A stretch of 63,683 nt of DNA, filler included, from Reticulomyxa filosa (Eukaryota; Protista; Foraminifera), in assembly GCA_000512085.1 (NCBI GenBank). It is 20 parts of 20 records of this genome, joined end to end, with 100 filler letters (N's around TTAATTAATTAA, not from the genome) between each part and the next. Parts side by side here need not be neighbours in the genome. Positions count along the whole stretch, not along the records: positions 62,199 to 63,683 come from ASPP01007307.1; 19 more parts are not named here. The stretch is one strand, 5' to 3'. This document shows positions 63,613 to 63,683 of the stretch, in pieces (the first letter of the stretch is position 1; the number at the start of each line of letters is the position of its first letter). A program made the position numbers and the translations under genes. Under the pieces are notes generated by a model. It searched no databases, was not told where the DNA came from, and saw only the letters and a list, made by a program, of their open reading frames with translations.

Positions 63613-63683
63613 CTGTCTTTTTCATTTTATCCCAAAACATACACATATATAAATATATATAAATATATATAAATATATGCATA

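Noticed and set aside
1-63683. CRISPR array, tRNA or rRNA genes
   Set aside because: No regularly spaced repeat-spacer units or recognisable structural RNA motifs seen by eye; a covariance-model search would be needed to exclude small RNAs.

Overview
This window is not one continuous locus. It is 20 short contigs joined by 19 artificial 100-nt spacers (N44-TTAATTAATTAA-N44), so neighbourhood across spacers means nothing. Nineteen contigs are AT-rich eukaryotic DNA with short GT-AG introns full of poly(A/T) and microsatellites. The WD40, Kelch-like, HEAT-like and RING/TRAF families strongly resemble those of the foraminiferan Reticulomyxa filosa (an inference from family resemblance, not a database result). 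One contig (55686-56979) is GC-rich bacterial DNA carrying a Zn-alcohol dehydrogenase followed by a GH1 beta-glucosidase. Recognisable eukaryotic genes, mostly spliced and often truncated: a RhoGEF with DH-PH-FYVE-SH2-like-SH3-SH3-villin-headpiece architecture, a VAMP7-like R-SNARE, a bacterial-type 2H phosphoesterase with an intron, FMO, ArfGAP, HEAT-like repeat protein, ABCB transporter, WD40 proteins, HSPA12-like Hsp70, UBA-RING ligase, a RING/TRAF-zinc-finger + glycine-rich-domain protein, a ZC3HC1/NIPA-like protein, JMJD4-like, RPL30, Kelch-like, G-alpha, NASP-like, SAMHD1-like, ALDH8-like and LMBRD2-like. Decayed pieces of RNase H-containing non-LTR retrotransposons occur on three contigs; one is bracketed by a ~297-bp near-perfect inverted repeat. 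Many frameshifts sit in homopolymers and are probably sequencing errors. I saw no rRNA, tRNA or CRISPR array. Exon boundaries were inferred by eye and are approximate where stated.
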